A stretch of 64,000 bases of DNA from positions 2,080,001-2,144,000 of the forward strand of contig OZ243972.1 of assembly GCA_965214705.1 (NCBI GenBank), in the 5' to 3' direction. Source of the DNA: Alphaproteobacteria bacterium. GTDB taxonomy: Bacteria > Pseudomonadota > Alphaproteobacteria > UBA828. A program made the position numbers and the translations under genes. The notes below the pieces were generated by a model. The model saw only the letters and a list, made by a program, of their open reading frames with translations. It was not told the DNA's origin and searched no databases. Shown piece by piece: positions 31,059 to 41,687 of the stretch; position 1 is the first letter of the stretch, and each line of letters opens with the position of its first letter.

Positions 31059-31845
31059 CGGGGCTTCCCGCGCCGCGTTTCCTGGGGGTTTCACATGACC
31101 GACATCTATCACAGCTCGATCGCATCAAATGCCATCGGCGCCAAGTCAAGGACCCTCAGGACAGGTCATGTCCGCAGTGTCGTCTCGTAAACTCGTCGCC
31201 GAGGCGGCCGCCTCGAAACTGACTCGGGTATCCCTAAAGCTCTCGCCCCACTTTCGGCCACGAGTCTCCTCGCGATTCCCGGTCTAATGATCTCATGGGG
31301 CGTTCGGGGCAGGCCTGGTTCCTTATCGTGTGGCAACAGACCCAACAGTGGCTTCAGTTCATCGGGATTGGAAACTTTTCGTCGCAACCGATACAGATTT
31401 CTGTTTAGTTCGTGGCGAGCCGTGCTTAGTTCATCCTCATGGAGCTGACCCTGCCTAAGCAGTTCTGCGTTCTCAACCACGGAGATCACCTTTTTTACGT
31501 CGCCGCTGCGACGCTGTTTCCAGTCGACTTCGCCTTCGGTTAAGGGTTGGGCAGGCTCTCTCTCGAGAGCCTGCCCAACCCTTTTGAACGAAGCCGCGGG
31601 CCACGAGAGGCGAAGTTGAGCTATGTGGAAAGTGCGCTGATGTCAGCGTCAGGCGGCATCCACCGGCAGCAGAGTTGCGCATAAAATCGACGCTCGCGCC
31701 GGTCTTTCGGCAGGCATGCGGGCGCACGCTGCGAGGACTGAGCGGGGTGTGAGCCGAGGGCTGTCAGCCCGGCTCAAGCGGAGACAGGTTCGGTCGTGCG
31801 TCGGCGCTTTGGCGCCGTTGCGCGGGGCCGAAGCGAGCGGGCGTC

Positions 31846-33087
31846 TCACGGTTTCCCCCTGTGGGTCGGCGGCAGCGCCGGCGGGCCGCGCGTCGAGCGG
31901 GGCTCATGGCGGCGGCGGATTTCGCGGACGAGGCGCATGACGCCGCCGCAGTGGGGGCAGGCCACGGGCGCGGTGCCGATCTCGGGCTCTTCGTCGGGCT
32001 CGGCCCGAGCGCCGTCCACGCTTCCCTCGGGGGCGGCGCAGCCGAGGGCGCCGAGAGCCTGGCGTGCTCTCTCCAGCGTGCTGGCGCGGCAGCCGTTGGC
32101 GAGGATGCCGAAGTAGCGAATGCGGTGCATGCCGTCCGGCAGGACGTGCCTCAGGAAGCGGCGGATGAACTCGTCGGCGCTCACGGTGGCGATGCCGTAG
32201 CGCGGCTTTCTCTGCCCCGGCGCCTTGGGCTTTCGGTGGCGGAAGGAGACCGTCTCGCCGTCGAAGGAGACGATGCGGCTGTCGGAGATGGCGATCCTGT
32301 GCGTGTAGTGCGAGAGGTACCGGAAGACCTGCTCAGGCCCGCGGAAGGGCCGCTTGGCGTAGACCACCCAGTCCCTGGCCCGGGCGGCGGCAAGCGTGGC
32401 GTGGAACTCGCCGGGATTGGCGAGGTGGGCGAGGGTGCCGTGGAACTCCAGGTCCCCCCGGCCGTGGGCGCGGGCGAGCTCCTTGAGGAAGAGGCGGCGG
32501 AACAGGCTGCCGAGGACCTTGACGGGGGCGAGGAAGGTGGTGCTCCCCGTCTTCCACTCGCCACTGTCTACGTCGAAGCCCGCGTTGGGCACGACCACGT
32601 GCAGGTGCGGGTGGAAGCGGAGCTTCTGATCCCAGGTATGGAGGACCGCGGTGCCGCCGATGCGCATGCCGCCGTGGCGGGGATCGGCGGCGATGGTGCG
32701 CAGGGTCTCGGCGACGGCCCGGAAGAGGATGTCGAACACCACCCTGCGGTTGCAGAAGGCAATGGCGGCAACCTCCTTGGGCAGGGTGAAGACCACATGG
32801 AAGTAGGGCACCGGCAGGATGTCCCCGGCGCGCTCCTCGCTCCAGAGGTTGGCGGCGAGACCCTGGCAGGTGGGGCAGTGGCGGTTGCGGCAGGAGTTGA
32901 AGAGCGGATGCTCGCGCCCGCAGCCCTCGCAGGCGTACATGTGGCCGCCGAGCACGGCGGTGCGGCACGCCTCGATGGCGCCCATGACCTTGAGCCGGGC
33001 GGCGTCGATGCGCCCTTTGTGGCGCTCACGGAAAGCGGCGCCGGCGCGGCGGAAGATCTCCGCCACGCCCGCGCGTTCGGCCTCCAC
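31846..33087 (-). CDS. IS91-family HUH transposase
   Basis: NSCRNRHCPTCQ zinc domain, HPHLH, YLSHY, HRIRYFG. Confidence 0.95.
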   Translation of the reverse strand: MEAERAGVAEIFRRAGAAFRERHKGRIDAARLKVMGAIEACRTAVLGGHMYACEGCGREHPLFNSCRNRHCPTCQGLAANLWSEERAGDILPVPYFHVVFTLPKEVAAIAFCNRRVVFDILFRAVAETLRTIAADPRHGGMRIGGTAVLHTWDQKLRFHPHLHVVVPNAGFDVDSGEWKTGSTTFLAPVKVLGSLFRRLFLKELARAHGRGDLEFHGTLAHLANPGEFHATLAAARARDWVVYAKRPFRGPEQVFRYLSHYTHRIAISDSRIVSFDGETVSFRHRKPKAPGQRKPRYGIATVSADEFIRRFLRHVLPDGMHRIRYFGILANGCRASTLERARQALGALGCAAPEGSVDGARAEPDEEPEIGTAPVACPHCGGVMRLVREIRRRHEPRSTRGPPALPPTHRGKP

Positions 33088-33093
33088 GCGCCG

Positions 33094-33972
33094 TCAGTTG
33101 CGCAACGCTGCGAAGCCTGAGATCGGGTGGTCGAGGCCCTCGAACATCTTGCCGGTGACGCGGGCGTAGTGACGGGTCGTGTTCGCGCTTCGATGGCCGA
33201 GCATGTCCCGGATCACCTCGATATCGCCGCCGCGCTCGAGGAGATGGGTCGCCGCCGAATGGCGCAGGCAATGGAAGGTGTAGCTGCGGTCGAGCTCGGC
33301 AATGTCGCGCGCCCTCCTGAAGGCGGCCTGCAAGGTCTCCGTTGCGATGGGCCTGTCGAGCGAGACGCCGTAGAAGAGCCAGTTCGTCGGACGCGGCCAG
33401 ATGTTCCTGTAGTAGACGCGCAAGTAGTGGATGACGATGTCCGGCAACGGTGCCATTCTCTCGGTGCCGCCTTTGCCGGAGGGGATGTGCAGCAGCTTCT
33501 TCTCCGACAGGATGTCGCCGACCTTGATGGCCAAGGTCTCGGAGATGCGGAGCCCGCCGCCATAGCCGGTGACAATGGCAGCACGGTGGCGGAGGTCGGG
33601 TGTCGCAAGGATGAGGTGCTCGACCTCCTGCTCCGACATGTAGCGCGGCAGCTTGCCGGGCTTCTTGCGGGAGCGCAGGCCGGCGACATGGTCAGGCCAG
33701 CCGAGTGTGTCGATGTAGAGGAAGTTCAGCGCGGCGAAGGAGACGTTGGTCGTGCCCGGACTGAGCCCCTTGTCGATCCGCCCCAGGTACCACTGGCGCA
33801 CCTGCTCGGCGTCGAGCTCGTCCGGCGAGGCGTCGTAGTACCTGGCCAGGTTCTTGATCTCGCAGATGTAGGCCTTGGACGTGCTCGCGGCCAGATTGGC
33901 GATGCGGAGCTGCTCCTCCATGCGCTGGCGAAGAGGGGTGACGGTGTTCGTGTCGCACGCGGTCCCGGTCAT
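33094..33972 (-). CDS. Tyrosine recombinase of the IS91-like element
   Basis: GLRISE, HCLRHS, LGH, TRHY; GGGAG RBS. Confidence 0.93.
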   Translation of the reverse strand: MTGTACDTNTVTPLRQRMEEQLRIANLAASTSKAYICEIKNLARYYDASPDELDAEQVRQWYLGRIDKGLSPGTTNVSFAALNFLYIDTLGWPDHVAGLRSRKKPGKLPRYMSEQEVEHLILATPDLRHRAAIVTGYGGGLRISETLAIKVGDILSEKKLLHIPSGKGGTERMAPLPDIVIHYLRVYYRNIWPRPTNWLFYGVSLDRPIATETLQAAFRRARDIAELDRSYTFHCLRHSAATHLLERGGDIEVIRDMLGHRSANTTRHYARVTGKMFEGLDHPISGFAALRN

Positions 33973-34262
33973 TATCGATCTCCCTGGATCGCGACGGCGC
34001 GCCGCCGGACCGATCCGGCGACGGTCCGTCGCAGGGGTCGATGCTAACCACTGGTGATCGGGAGGCTGCTGGGGATCCGCCACCCGACGGGCGGAGCGCC
34101 ACTGACGCAACCGGGAAGCGAACGCACAGAACAAACGGCACCCGCGACGCCTCGGAAATGAATGAACTCTACGCCGCTAACTCCGCGTAGCGGCTTCGTT
34201 CAAGGATAGTTTGAACTCCTCTCTAGCCTTTTCAATAACTTCAGATCCGTAAATTAGGGGGA

Positions 34263-34445
34263 TTATATATCTGACTGAATGACGGGCTGATCCATGATGC
34301 CGGATGGCTCCGCCTCAGCCTCCCCGTCTTCGGCCTGTGGCTCGTGCCGCAACAGCGCGCGGGCCACCATTTCAGGAGTCGCCCCCTCGTAGCGGGGGTT
34401 GAGCGTCTCCAACTCGTGTTTCAGCTTTTCAGCCTTCTCGGTCAT
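34263..34445 (-). CDS. Small hypothetical passenger protein
   Basis: GAAGG RBS; stop lies within the IR. Confidence 0.55.
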   Translation of the reverse strand: MTEKAEKLKHELETLNPRYEGATPEMVARALLRHEPQAEDGEAEAEPSGIMDQPVIQSDI

Positions 34446-34861
34446 TGCGTTGCCTTCATTCCCGGTGGCGAGGGGGGGGCGATACTATATTGCATATTAT
34501 CGCCCCCTCTGTCACCATGCCCGCGCTCACATCTGAGAAGCCCGCTTCGTCGGGCTACTCGCTGAATACAACAGCCCTTGTGTGGCTCGGGGTCGCTCCC
34601 CGGACCGGCGAATAGGCGGGACCTTCCAACGCTTCTTGGATGTGAGCAAACGGCCCGGCACCCCGTCGGGCCGCGAGCAGAGGGCAGGCTACGCTATAAG
34701 AGATCGCCCCATCGGCTGGGGACGGGTGGTGCCCCGTCCCCAGCCTACCACGGGGCTTGGTGTTGGCTTCGGAGAGCGCACCAAACCGCACGGCAATGAC
34801 AGTCTATTACCGATCCCAAGCCGTACAAGAGGTGCCTCTCCGACGATTTTAGGAGAGCGCT

Positions 34862-35233
34862 ATGCACACTTGGTATGCCTCTTTGGCGGCAGCGGCCATG
34901 ATGCTCGCCGCTGTCGCCACCACTCACGCGCGGGCAGATATCGTATGCCCAAAGGGCAGCCTGCACGACTTCGTTCCAAACGCGGTCTGGCAACAGTACG
35001 TCGCCAACAGCCGGGACTATATCGCTCGGATGCTCCGAAGGATGGAGGATGTCCGAGACCGCCAGATGGTCATGGAGCGGATGTTCGAGGAGGGCTTCAT
35101 CGCCGCCACGGACATCGTGAACGCTCACTGCGTCTCGCGGCCGATTGGCGAGCCATGGAGCACAGAGATCAAGCAGAAGCGGCGCGAGGCTTGGTGCCGA
35201 GAATGGGGTGATGCCTATTTCTGCAAGAGGTGA
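34862..35233 (+). CDS. Exported hypothetical passenger protein
   Basis: AGGAG RBS; signal peptide ending ARA; four Cys. Confidence 0.7.
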   Translation: MHTWYASLAAAAMMLAAVATTHARADIVCPKGSLHDFVPNAVWQQYVANSRDYIARMLRRMEDVRDRQMVMERMFEEGFIAATDIVNAHCVSRPIGEPWSTEIKQKRREAWCREWGDAYFCKR

Positions 35234-35672
35234 TCGCAAGAATCACCGTGCTTCCGATCTACGTCATCAACCTCGACCGCAGGCCGGATCGGCTCGCGGC
35301 AATCGCGGCGGACCTGGACCGGCTCGGCCTACCCTTCGAGCGCATCAAGGCCGTCGACGGCCAAGGTTAAGGGTTGGGCAGGCTCTCTCTCGAGAGCCTG
35401 CCCAACCCTTTTGAACGAAGCCGCGGGCCACGAGAGGCGAAGTTGAGCTATGTGGAAAGTGCGCTGATGTCAGCGTCAGGCGGCATCCACCGGCAGCAGA
35501 GTTGCGCATAAAATCGACGCTCGCGCCGGTCTTTCGGCAGGCATGCGGGCGCACGCTGCGAGGACTGAGCGGGGTGTGAGCCGAGGGCTGTCAGCCCGGC
35601 TCAAGCGGAGACAGGTTCGGTCGTGCGTCGGCGCTTTGGCGCCGTTGCGCGGGGCCGAAGCGAGCGGGCGTC

Positions 35673-36914
35673 TCACGGTTTCCCCCTGTGGGTCGGCGGC
35701 AGCGCCGGCGGGCCGCGCGTCGAGCGGGGCTCATGGCGGCGGCGGATTTCGCGGACGAGGCGCATGACGCCGCCGCAGTGGGGGCAGGCCACGGGCGCGG
35801 TGCCGATCTCGGGCTCTTCGTCGGGCTCGGCCTGAGCGCCGTCCACGCTTCCCTCGGGGGCGGCGCAGCCGAGGGCGCCGAGAGCCTGGCGTGCTCTCTC
35901 CAGCGTGCTGGCGCGGCAGCCGTTGGCGAGGATGCCGAAGTAGCGAATGCGGTGCATGCCGTCCGGCAGGACGTGCCTCAGGAAGCGGCGGATGAACTCG
36001 TCGGCGCTCACGGTGGCGATGCCGTAGCGCGGCTTTCTCTGCCCCGGCGCCTTGGGCTTTCGGTGGCGGAAGGAGACCGTCTCGCCGTCGAAGGAGACGA
36101 TGCGGCTGTCGGAGATGGCGATCCTGTGCGTGTAGTGCGAGAGGTACCGGAAGACCTGCTCAGGCCCGCGGAAGGGCCGCTTGGCGTAGACCACCCAGTC
36201 CCTGGCCCGGGCGGCGGCAAGCGTGGCGTGGAACTCGCCGGGATTGGCGAGGTGGGCGAGGGTGCCGTGGAACTCCAGGTCCCCCCGGCCGTGGGCGCGG
36301 GCGAGCTCCTCGAGGAAGAGGCGGCGGAACAGGCTGCCGAGGACCTTGACGGGGGCGAGGAAGGTGGTGCTCCCCGTCTTCCACTCGCCACTGTCTACGT
36401 CGAAGCCCGCGTTGGGCACGACCACGTGCAGGTGCGGGTGGAAGCGGAGCTTCTGATCCCAGGTATGGAGGACCGCGGTGCCGCCGATGCGCATGCCGCC
36501 GTGGCGGGGATCGGCGGCGATGGTGCGCAGGGTCTCGGCGACGGCCCGGAAGAGGATGTCGAACACCACCCTGCGGTTGCAGAAGGCAATGGCGGCAACC
36601 TCCTTGGGCAGGGTGAAGACCACATGGAAGTAGGGCACCGGCAGGATGTCCCCGGCGCGCTCCTCGCTCCAGAGGTTGGCGGCGAGACCCTGGCAGGTGG
36701 GGCAGTGGCGGTTGCGGCAGGAGTTGAAGAGCGGATGCTCGCGCCCGCAGCCCTCGCAGGCGTACATGTGGCCGCCGAGCACGGCGGTGCGGCACGCCTC
36801 GATGGCGCCCATGACCTTGAGCCGGGCGGCGTCGATGCGCCCTTTGTGGCGCTCACGGAAAGCGGCGCCGGCGCGGCGGAAGATCTCCGCCACGCCCGCG
36901 CGTTCGGCCTCCAC
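35673..36914 (-). CDS. IS91-family transposase
   Basis: As copy A. Confidence 0.95.
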   Translation of the reverse strand: MEAERAGVAEIFRRAGAAFRERHKGRIDAARLKVMGAIEACRTAVLGGHMYACEGCGREHPLFNSCRNRHCPTCQGLAANLWSEERAGDILPVPYFHVVFTLPKEVAAIAFCNRRVVFDILFRAVAETLRTIAADPRHGGMRIGGTAVLHTWDQKLRFHPHLHVVVPNAGFDVDSGEWKTGSTTFLAPVKVLGSLFRRLFLEELARAHGRGDLEFHGTLAHLANPGEFHATLAAARARDWVVYAKRPFRGPEQVFRYLSHYTHRIAISDSRIVSFDGETVSFRHRKPKAPGQRKPRYGIATVSADEFIRRFLRHVLPDGMHRIRYFGILANGCRASTLERARQALGALGCAAPEGSVDGAQAEPDEEPEIGTAPVACPHCGGVMRLVREIRRRHEPRSTRGPPALPPTHRGKP

Positions 36915-36920
36915 GCGCCG

Positions 36921-37799
36921 TCAGTTGCGCAACGCTGCGAAGCCTGAGATCGGGTGGTCGAGGCCCTCGAACATCTTGCCGGTGACGCGGGCGTAGTGAC
37001 GGGTCGTGTTCGCGCTTCGATGGCCGAGCATGTCCCGGATCACCTCGATATCGCCGCCGCGCTCGAGGAGATGGGTCGCCGCCGAATGGCGCAGGCAATG
37101 GAAGGTGTAGCTGCGGTCGAGCTCGGCAATGTCGCGCGCCCTCCTGAAGGCGGCCTGCAAGGTCTCCGTTGCGATGGGCCTGTCGAGCGAGACGCCGTAG
37201 AAGAGCCAGTTCGTCGGACGCGGCCAGATGTTCCTGTAGTAGACGCGCAAGTAGTGGATGACGATGTCCGGCAACGGTGCCATTCTCTCGGTGCCGCCTT
37301 TGCCGGAGGGGATGTGCAGCAGCTTCTTCTCCGACAGGATGTCGCCGACCTTGATGGCCAAGGTCTCGGAGATGCGGAGCCCGCCGCCATAGCCGGTGAC
37401 AATGGCAGCACGGTGGCGGAGGTCGGGTGTCGCAAGGATGAGGTGCTCGACCTCCTGCTCCGACATGTAGCGCGGCAGCTTGCCGGGCTTCTTGCGGGAG
37501 CGCAGGCCGGCGACATGGTCAGGCCAGCCGAGTGTGTCGATGTAGAGGAAGTTCAGCGCGGCGAAGGAGACGTTGGTCGTGCCCGGACTGAGCCCCTTGT
37601 CGATCCGCCCCAGGTACCACTGGCGCACCTGCTCGGCGTCGAGCTCGTCCGGCGAGGCGTCGTAGTACCTGGCCAGGTTCTTGATCTCGCAGATGTAGGC
37701 CTTGGACGTGCTCGCGGCCAGATTGGCGATGCGGAGCTGCTCCTCCATGCGCTGGCGAAGAGGGGTGACGGTGTTCGTGTCGCACGCGGTCCCGGTCAT
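36921..37799 (-). CDS. Tyrosine recombinase
   Basis: As copy A. Confidence 0.93.
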   Translation of the reverse strand: MTGTACDTNTVTPLRQRMEEQLRIANLAASTSKAYICEIKNLARYYDASPDELDAEQVRQWYLGRIDKGLSPGTTNVSFAALNFLYIDTLGWPDHVAGLRSRKKPGKLPRYMSEQEVEHLILATPDLRHRAAIVTGYGGGLRISETLAIKVGDILSEKKLLHIPSGKGGTERMAPLPDIVIHYLRVYYRNIWPRPTNWLFYGVSLDRPIATETLQAAFRRARDIAELDRSYTFHCLRHSAATHLLERGGDIEVIRDMLGHRSANTTRHYARVTGKMFEGLDHPISGFAALRN

Positions 37800-38918
37800 T
37801 ATCGATCTCCCTGGATCGCGACGGCGCGCCGCCGGACCGATCCGGCGACGGTCCGTCGCAGGGGTCGATGCTAACCACTGGTGATCGGGAGGCTGCTGGG
37901 GATCCGCCACCCGACGGGCGGAGCGCCACTGACGCAACCGGGAAGCGAACGCACAGAACAAACGGCACCCGCGACGCCTCGGAAATGAATGAACTCTACG
38001 CCGCTAACTCCGCGTAGCGGCTTCGTTCAAGAGCTACAGGAAGATCTGGGCCCGGAGCCGCTTCTGAACCTGGCTGAGAAAGCGTGCGTGCTGAGCCATG
38101 CGAACGCGCTGCGGCACCTCCTCCATTCAGAACACCCAGCGGCCGTGATCCTCGAGGATGACGCTGAGTTCGGAGAGGGGCTTGCGCAACTCTCCCGCTC
38201 GATCGACTGGTGGCCGGAAGGCACCTTGCTGCTGAAGCTGGACCAACCGTTCCCGAGAAAGCGGCTCGTCGGCCTGCCGTGTGGACGAACGCCGGACGGC
38301 CGCAACCTGAGAGAGAACATCCGGTGGAGCTCAGGGTCGGTGGGCTACATCGCTACTCGCGCCGCTGCCGGCGAGATACTGGTGTCCCTCGAGACAGACA
38401 GCATCATGCCCTTCGACGAACTGATGTTCGACTGCCGCATATCAGACCTAGCGCGCTGGCTCCGTGCAATGCAAGTCCAGCCCGCGCCTGTCCGGCAACG
38501 GGACCGCGGGAGACCGGATGAATTCCCCTCGGATTTGGAGGACAGCCGCCAGACACCGGAGTCATTGAGTTATCGCCACCGCCGTCGACAGCGGCGCCGA
38601 TTTCACCGTCGTCTGTATCTCTGGATGTTGTGGGCAATCGGCAATGCGAAGAGCATGAAGATCACCTACTGCCCGTAATCGCAGATTCAAACTGACCCAC
38701 TACCCGCGATTGACGACTGACCGGGTTTAGGCTATCCGCGGGCTCGTGGCCGTGACGAATCGCGGTGGCCTCGACTGACGAAGCCGGCCCTGGCGGGACC
38801 GGCTTCGGAACTGGGGTCCGGTGTAGACCTACCGAGGCGCACCGAACTGGCTCATCTGAGGTGGAAATCCTAGCGATTCCCGCGAGCCGGTCAAGTGCGC
38901 CCTCAAGAAGAGGGCACA

Positions 38919-39143
38919 ATGCCGAAGAAATATCCGACCGGCTTCGATCTCAGCAAACGCTCATCCCGTTCTCGCAAATCGCGGAAGCCCGACCAACCTT
39001 CGATCAAGTATGGTGATGTTGTCCGGCAGCGCCCGAATGGGCTGCCACTGCAAGTCACCGATGTGGAGGGCGATAAGGTCTACTGCGACGGGTTCATTGA
39101 CCCGTTCGGGGCATCCGGCCTTGAAGTTGTGATCCGCTTCTAG
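38919..39143 (+). CDS. Small hypothetical passenger protein (possibly YodC/DUF2158-like)
   Basis: IKYGDVVRQRPNGLPLQVTDVEGDKVYC; GAGGG RBS. Confidence 0.55.
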   Translation: MPKKYPTGFDLSKRSSRSRKSRKPDQPSIKYGDVVRQRPNGLPLQVTDVEGDKVYCDGFIDPFGASGLEVVIRF

Positions 39144-39560
39144 GACCGCGCGCCTGAGTCCAGTCCGTTGTCGGCGATCAGGTCACGGTAGCACAGGCGC
39201 TTGCCGATCATCCCGGCGACCACCGCGCCCATCTGGTCGATGGTGTCGCTCTCGCGCACGTTGTGGCGGCCCGCGAACTCTTGGACGTACCGTTGCAGGT
39301 GCTTCGCGCTCAGCTTGTGGTAGACGCCCTTGAACGAAGCCGCTACGCGGAGTTAGCGGCGTAGAGTTCATTCATTTCCGAGGCGTCGCGGGTGCCGTTT
39401 GTTCTGTGCGTTCGCTTCCCGGTTGCGTCAGTGGCGCTCCGCCCGTCGGGTGGCGGATCCCCAGCAGCCTCCCGATCACCAGTGGTTAGCATCGACCCCT
39501 GCGACGGACCGTCGCCGGATCGGTCCGGCGGCGCGCCGTCGCGATCCAGGGAGATCGATA

Positions 39561-40439
39561 ATGACCGGGACCGCGTGCGACACGAACACCGTCACCCCTC
39601 TTCGCCAGCGCATGGAGGAGCAGCTCCGCATCGCCAATCTGGCCGCGAGCACGTCCAAGGCCTACATCTGCGAGATCAAGAACCTGGCCAGGTACTACGA
39701 CGCCTCGCCGGACGAGCTCGACGCCGAGCAGGTGCGCCAGTGGTACCTGGGGCGGATCGACAAGGGGCTCAGTCCGGGCACGACCAACGTCTCCTTCGCC
39801 GCGCTGAACTTCCTCTACATCGACACACTCGGCTGGCCTGACCATGTCGCCGGCCTGCGCTCCCGCAAGAAGCCCGGCAAGCTGCCGCGCTACATGTCGG
39901 AGCAGGAGGTCGAGCACCTCATCCTTGCGACACCCGACCTCCGCCACCGTGCTGCCATTGTCACCGGCTATGGCGGCGGGCTCCGCATCTCCGAGACCTT
40001 GGCCATCAAGGTCGGCGACATCCTGTCGGAGAAGAAGCTGCTGCACATCCCCTCCGGCAAAGGCGGCACCGAGAGAATGGCACCGTTGCCGGACATCGTC
40101 ATCCACTACTTGCGCGTCTACTACAGGAACATCTGGCCGCGTCCGACGAACTGGCTCTTCTACGGCGTCTCGCTCGACAGGCCCATCGCAACGGAGACCT
40201 TGCAGGCCGCCTTCAGGAGGGCGCGCGACATTGCCGAGCTCGACCGCAGCTACACCTTCCATTGCCTGCGCCATTCGGCGGCGACCCATCTCCTCGAGCG
40301 CGGCGGCGATATCGAGGTGATCCGGGACATGCTCGGCCATCGAAGCGCGAACACGACCCGTCACTACGCCCGCGTCACCGGCAAGATGTTCGAGGGCCTC
40401 GACCACCCGATCTCAGGCTTCGCAGCGTTGCGCAACTGA
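39561..40439 (+). CDS. Tyrosine recombinase
   Basis: As copy A. Confidence 0.93.
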   Translation: MTGTACDTNTVTPLRQRMEEQLRIANLAASTSKAYICEIKNLARYYDASPDELDAEQVRQWYLGRIDKGLSPGTTNVSFAALNFLYIDTLGWPDHVAGLRSRKKPGKLPRYMSEQEVEHLILATPDLRHRAAIVTGYGGGLRISETLAIKVGDILSEKKLLHIPSGKGGTERMAPLPDIVIHYLRVYYRNIWPRPTNWLFYGVSLDRPIATETLQAAFRRARDIAELDRSYTFHCLRHSAATHLLERGGDIEVIRDMLGHRSANTTRHYARVTGKMFEGLDHPISGFAALRN

Positions 40440-40445
40440 CGGCGC

Positions 40446-41687
40446 GTGGAGGCCGAACGCGCGGGCGTGGCGGAGATCTTCCGCCGCGCCGGCGCCGCTT
40501 TCCGTGAGCGCCACAAAGGGCGCATCGACGCCGCCCGGCTCAAGGTCATGGGCGCCATCGAGGCGTGCCGCACCGCCGTGCTCGGCGGCCACATGTACGC
40601 CTGCGAGGGCTGCGGGCGCGAGCATCCGCTCTTCAACTCCTGCCGCAACCGCCACTGCCCCACCTGCCAGGGTCTCGCCGCCAACCTCTGGAGCGAGGAG
40701 CGCGCCGGGGACATCCTGCCGGTGCCCTACTTCCATGTGGTCTTCACCCTGCCCAAGGAGGTTGCCGCCATTGCCTTCTGCAACCGCAGGGTGGTGTTCG
40801 ACATCCTCTTCCGGGCCGTCGCCGAGACCCTGCGCACCATCGCCGCCGATCCCCGCCACGGCGGCATGCGCATCGGCGGCACCGCGGTCCTCCATACCTG
40901 GGATCAGAAGCTCCGCTTCCACCCGCACCTGCACGTGGTCGTGCCCAACGCGGGCTTCGACGTAGACAGTGGCGAGTGGAAGACGGGGAGCACCACCTTC
41001 CTCGCCCCCGTCAAGGTCCTCGGCAGCCTGTTCCGCCGCCTCTTCCTCGAGGAGCTCGCCCGCGCCCACGGCCGGGGGGACCTGGAGTTCCACGGCACCC
41101 TCGCCCACCTCGCCAATCCCGGCGAGTTCCACGCCACGCTTGCCGCCGCCCGGGCCAGGGACTGGGTGGTCTACGCCAAGCGGCCCTTCCGCGGGCCTGA
41201 GCAGGTCTTCCGGTACCTCTCGCACTACACGCACAGGATCGCCATCTCCGACAGCCGCATCGTCTCCTTCGACGGCGAGACGGTCTCCTTCCGCCACCGA
41301 AAGCCCAAGGCGCCGGGGCAGAGAAAGCCGCGCTACGGCATCGCCACCGTGAGCGCCGACGAGTTCATCCGCCGCTTCCTGAGGCACGTCCTGCCGGACG
41401 GCATGCACCGCATTCGCTACTTCGGCATCCTCGCCAACGGCTGCCGCGCCAGCACGCTGGAGAGAGCACGCCAGGCTCTCGGCGCCCTCGGCTGCGCCGC
41501 CCCCGAGGGAAGCGTGGACGGCGCTCAGGCCGAGCCCGACGAAGAGCCCGAGATCGGCACCGCGCCCGTGGCCTGCCCCCACTGCGGCGGCGTCATGCGC
41601 CTCGTCCGCGAAATCCGCCGCCGCCATGAGCCCCGCTCGACGCGCGGCCCGCCGGCGCTGCCGCCGACCCACAGGGGGAAACCGTGA
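40446..41687 (+). CDS. IS91-family transposase
   Basis: As copy A. Confidence 0.95.
   Translation: MEAERAGVAEIFRRAGAAFRERHKGRIDAARLKVMGAIEACRTAVLGGHMYACEGCGREHPLFNSCRNRHCPTCQGLAANLWSEERAGDILPVPYFHVVFTLPKEVAAIAFCNRRVVFDILFRAVAETLRTIAADPRHGGMRIGGTAVLHTWDQKLRFHPHLHVVVPNAGFDVDSGEWKTGSTTFLAPVKVLGSLFRRLFLEELARAHGRGDLEFHGTLAHLANPGEFHATLAAARARDWVVYAKRPFRGPEQVFRYLSHYTHRIAISDSRIVSFDGETVSFRHRKPKAPGQRKPRYGIATVSADEFIRRFLRHVLPDGMHRIRYFGILANGCRASTLERARQALGALGCAAPEGSVDGAQAEPDEEPEIGTAPVACPHCGGVMRLVREIRRRHEPRSTRGPPALPPTHRGKP

Larger units (their letters stand above)
31538..34203 (-). mobile_element. IS91-like element with tyrosine recombinase, copy A (2666 bp)
   Basis: Ends GGTTAAGGG...CGTTCAA shared by four copies; no TSD. 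Confidence 0.93.
35365..38030 (-). mobile_element. IS91-like element, copy B (2666 bp)
   Basis: Same ends and length as copy A. Confidence 0.93.
35230..38678 (+). pseudogene. Glycosyltransferase family 25, interrupted by IS91-like copy B (260 aa restored)
   Basis: YVINLDRRPDR...AVDGQ joins ELQED...CVLSH...ILEDDA in frame. Confidence 0.9.

Noticed and set aside
31538-31541. GGTT/AACC as the IS91 target tetranucleotide
   Set aside because: Leaving it in the empty site would frameshift all four host genes, so it belongs to the element.
31542-31583. Hairpin as a stand-alone terminator, REP or CRISPR repeat
   Set aside because: Occurs only as the terminus of the four IS91-like copies; no spacer array.
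37989-38030. ORF-track starts MNSTPLTPRSGFVQ (also 39371)
   Set aside because: Read out of the IS91-like end; the true GT25 start is at 35230.
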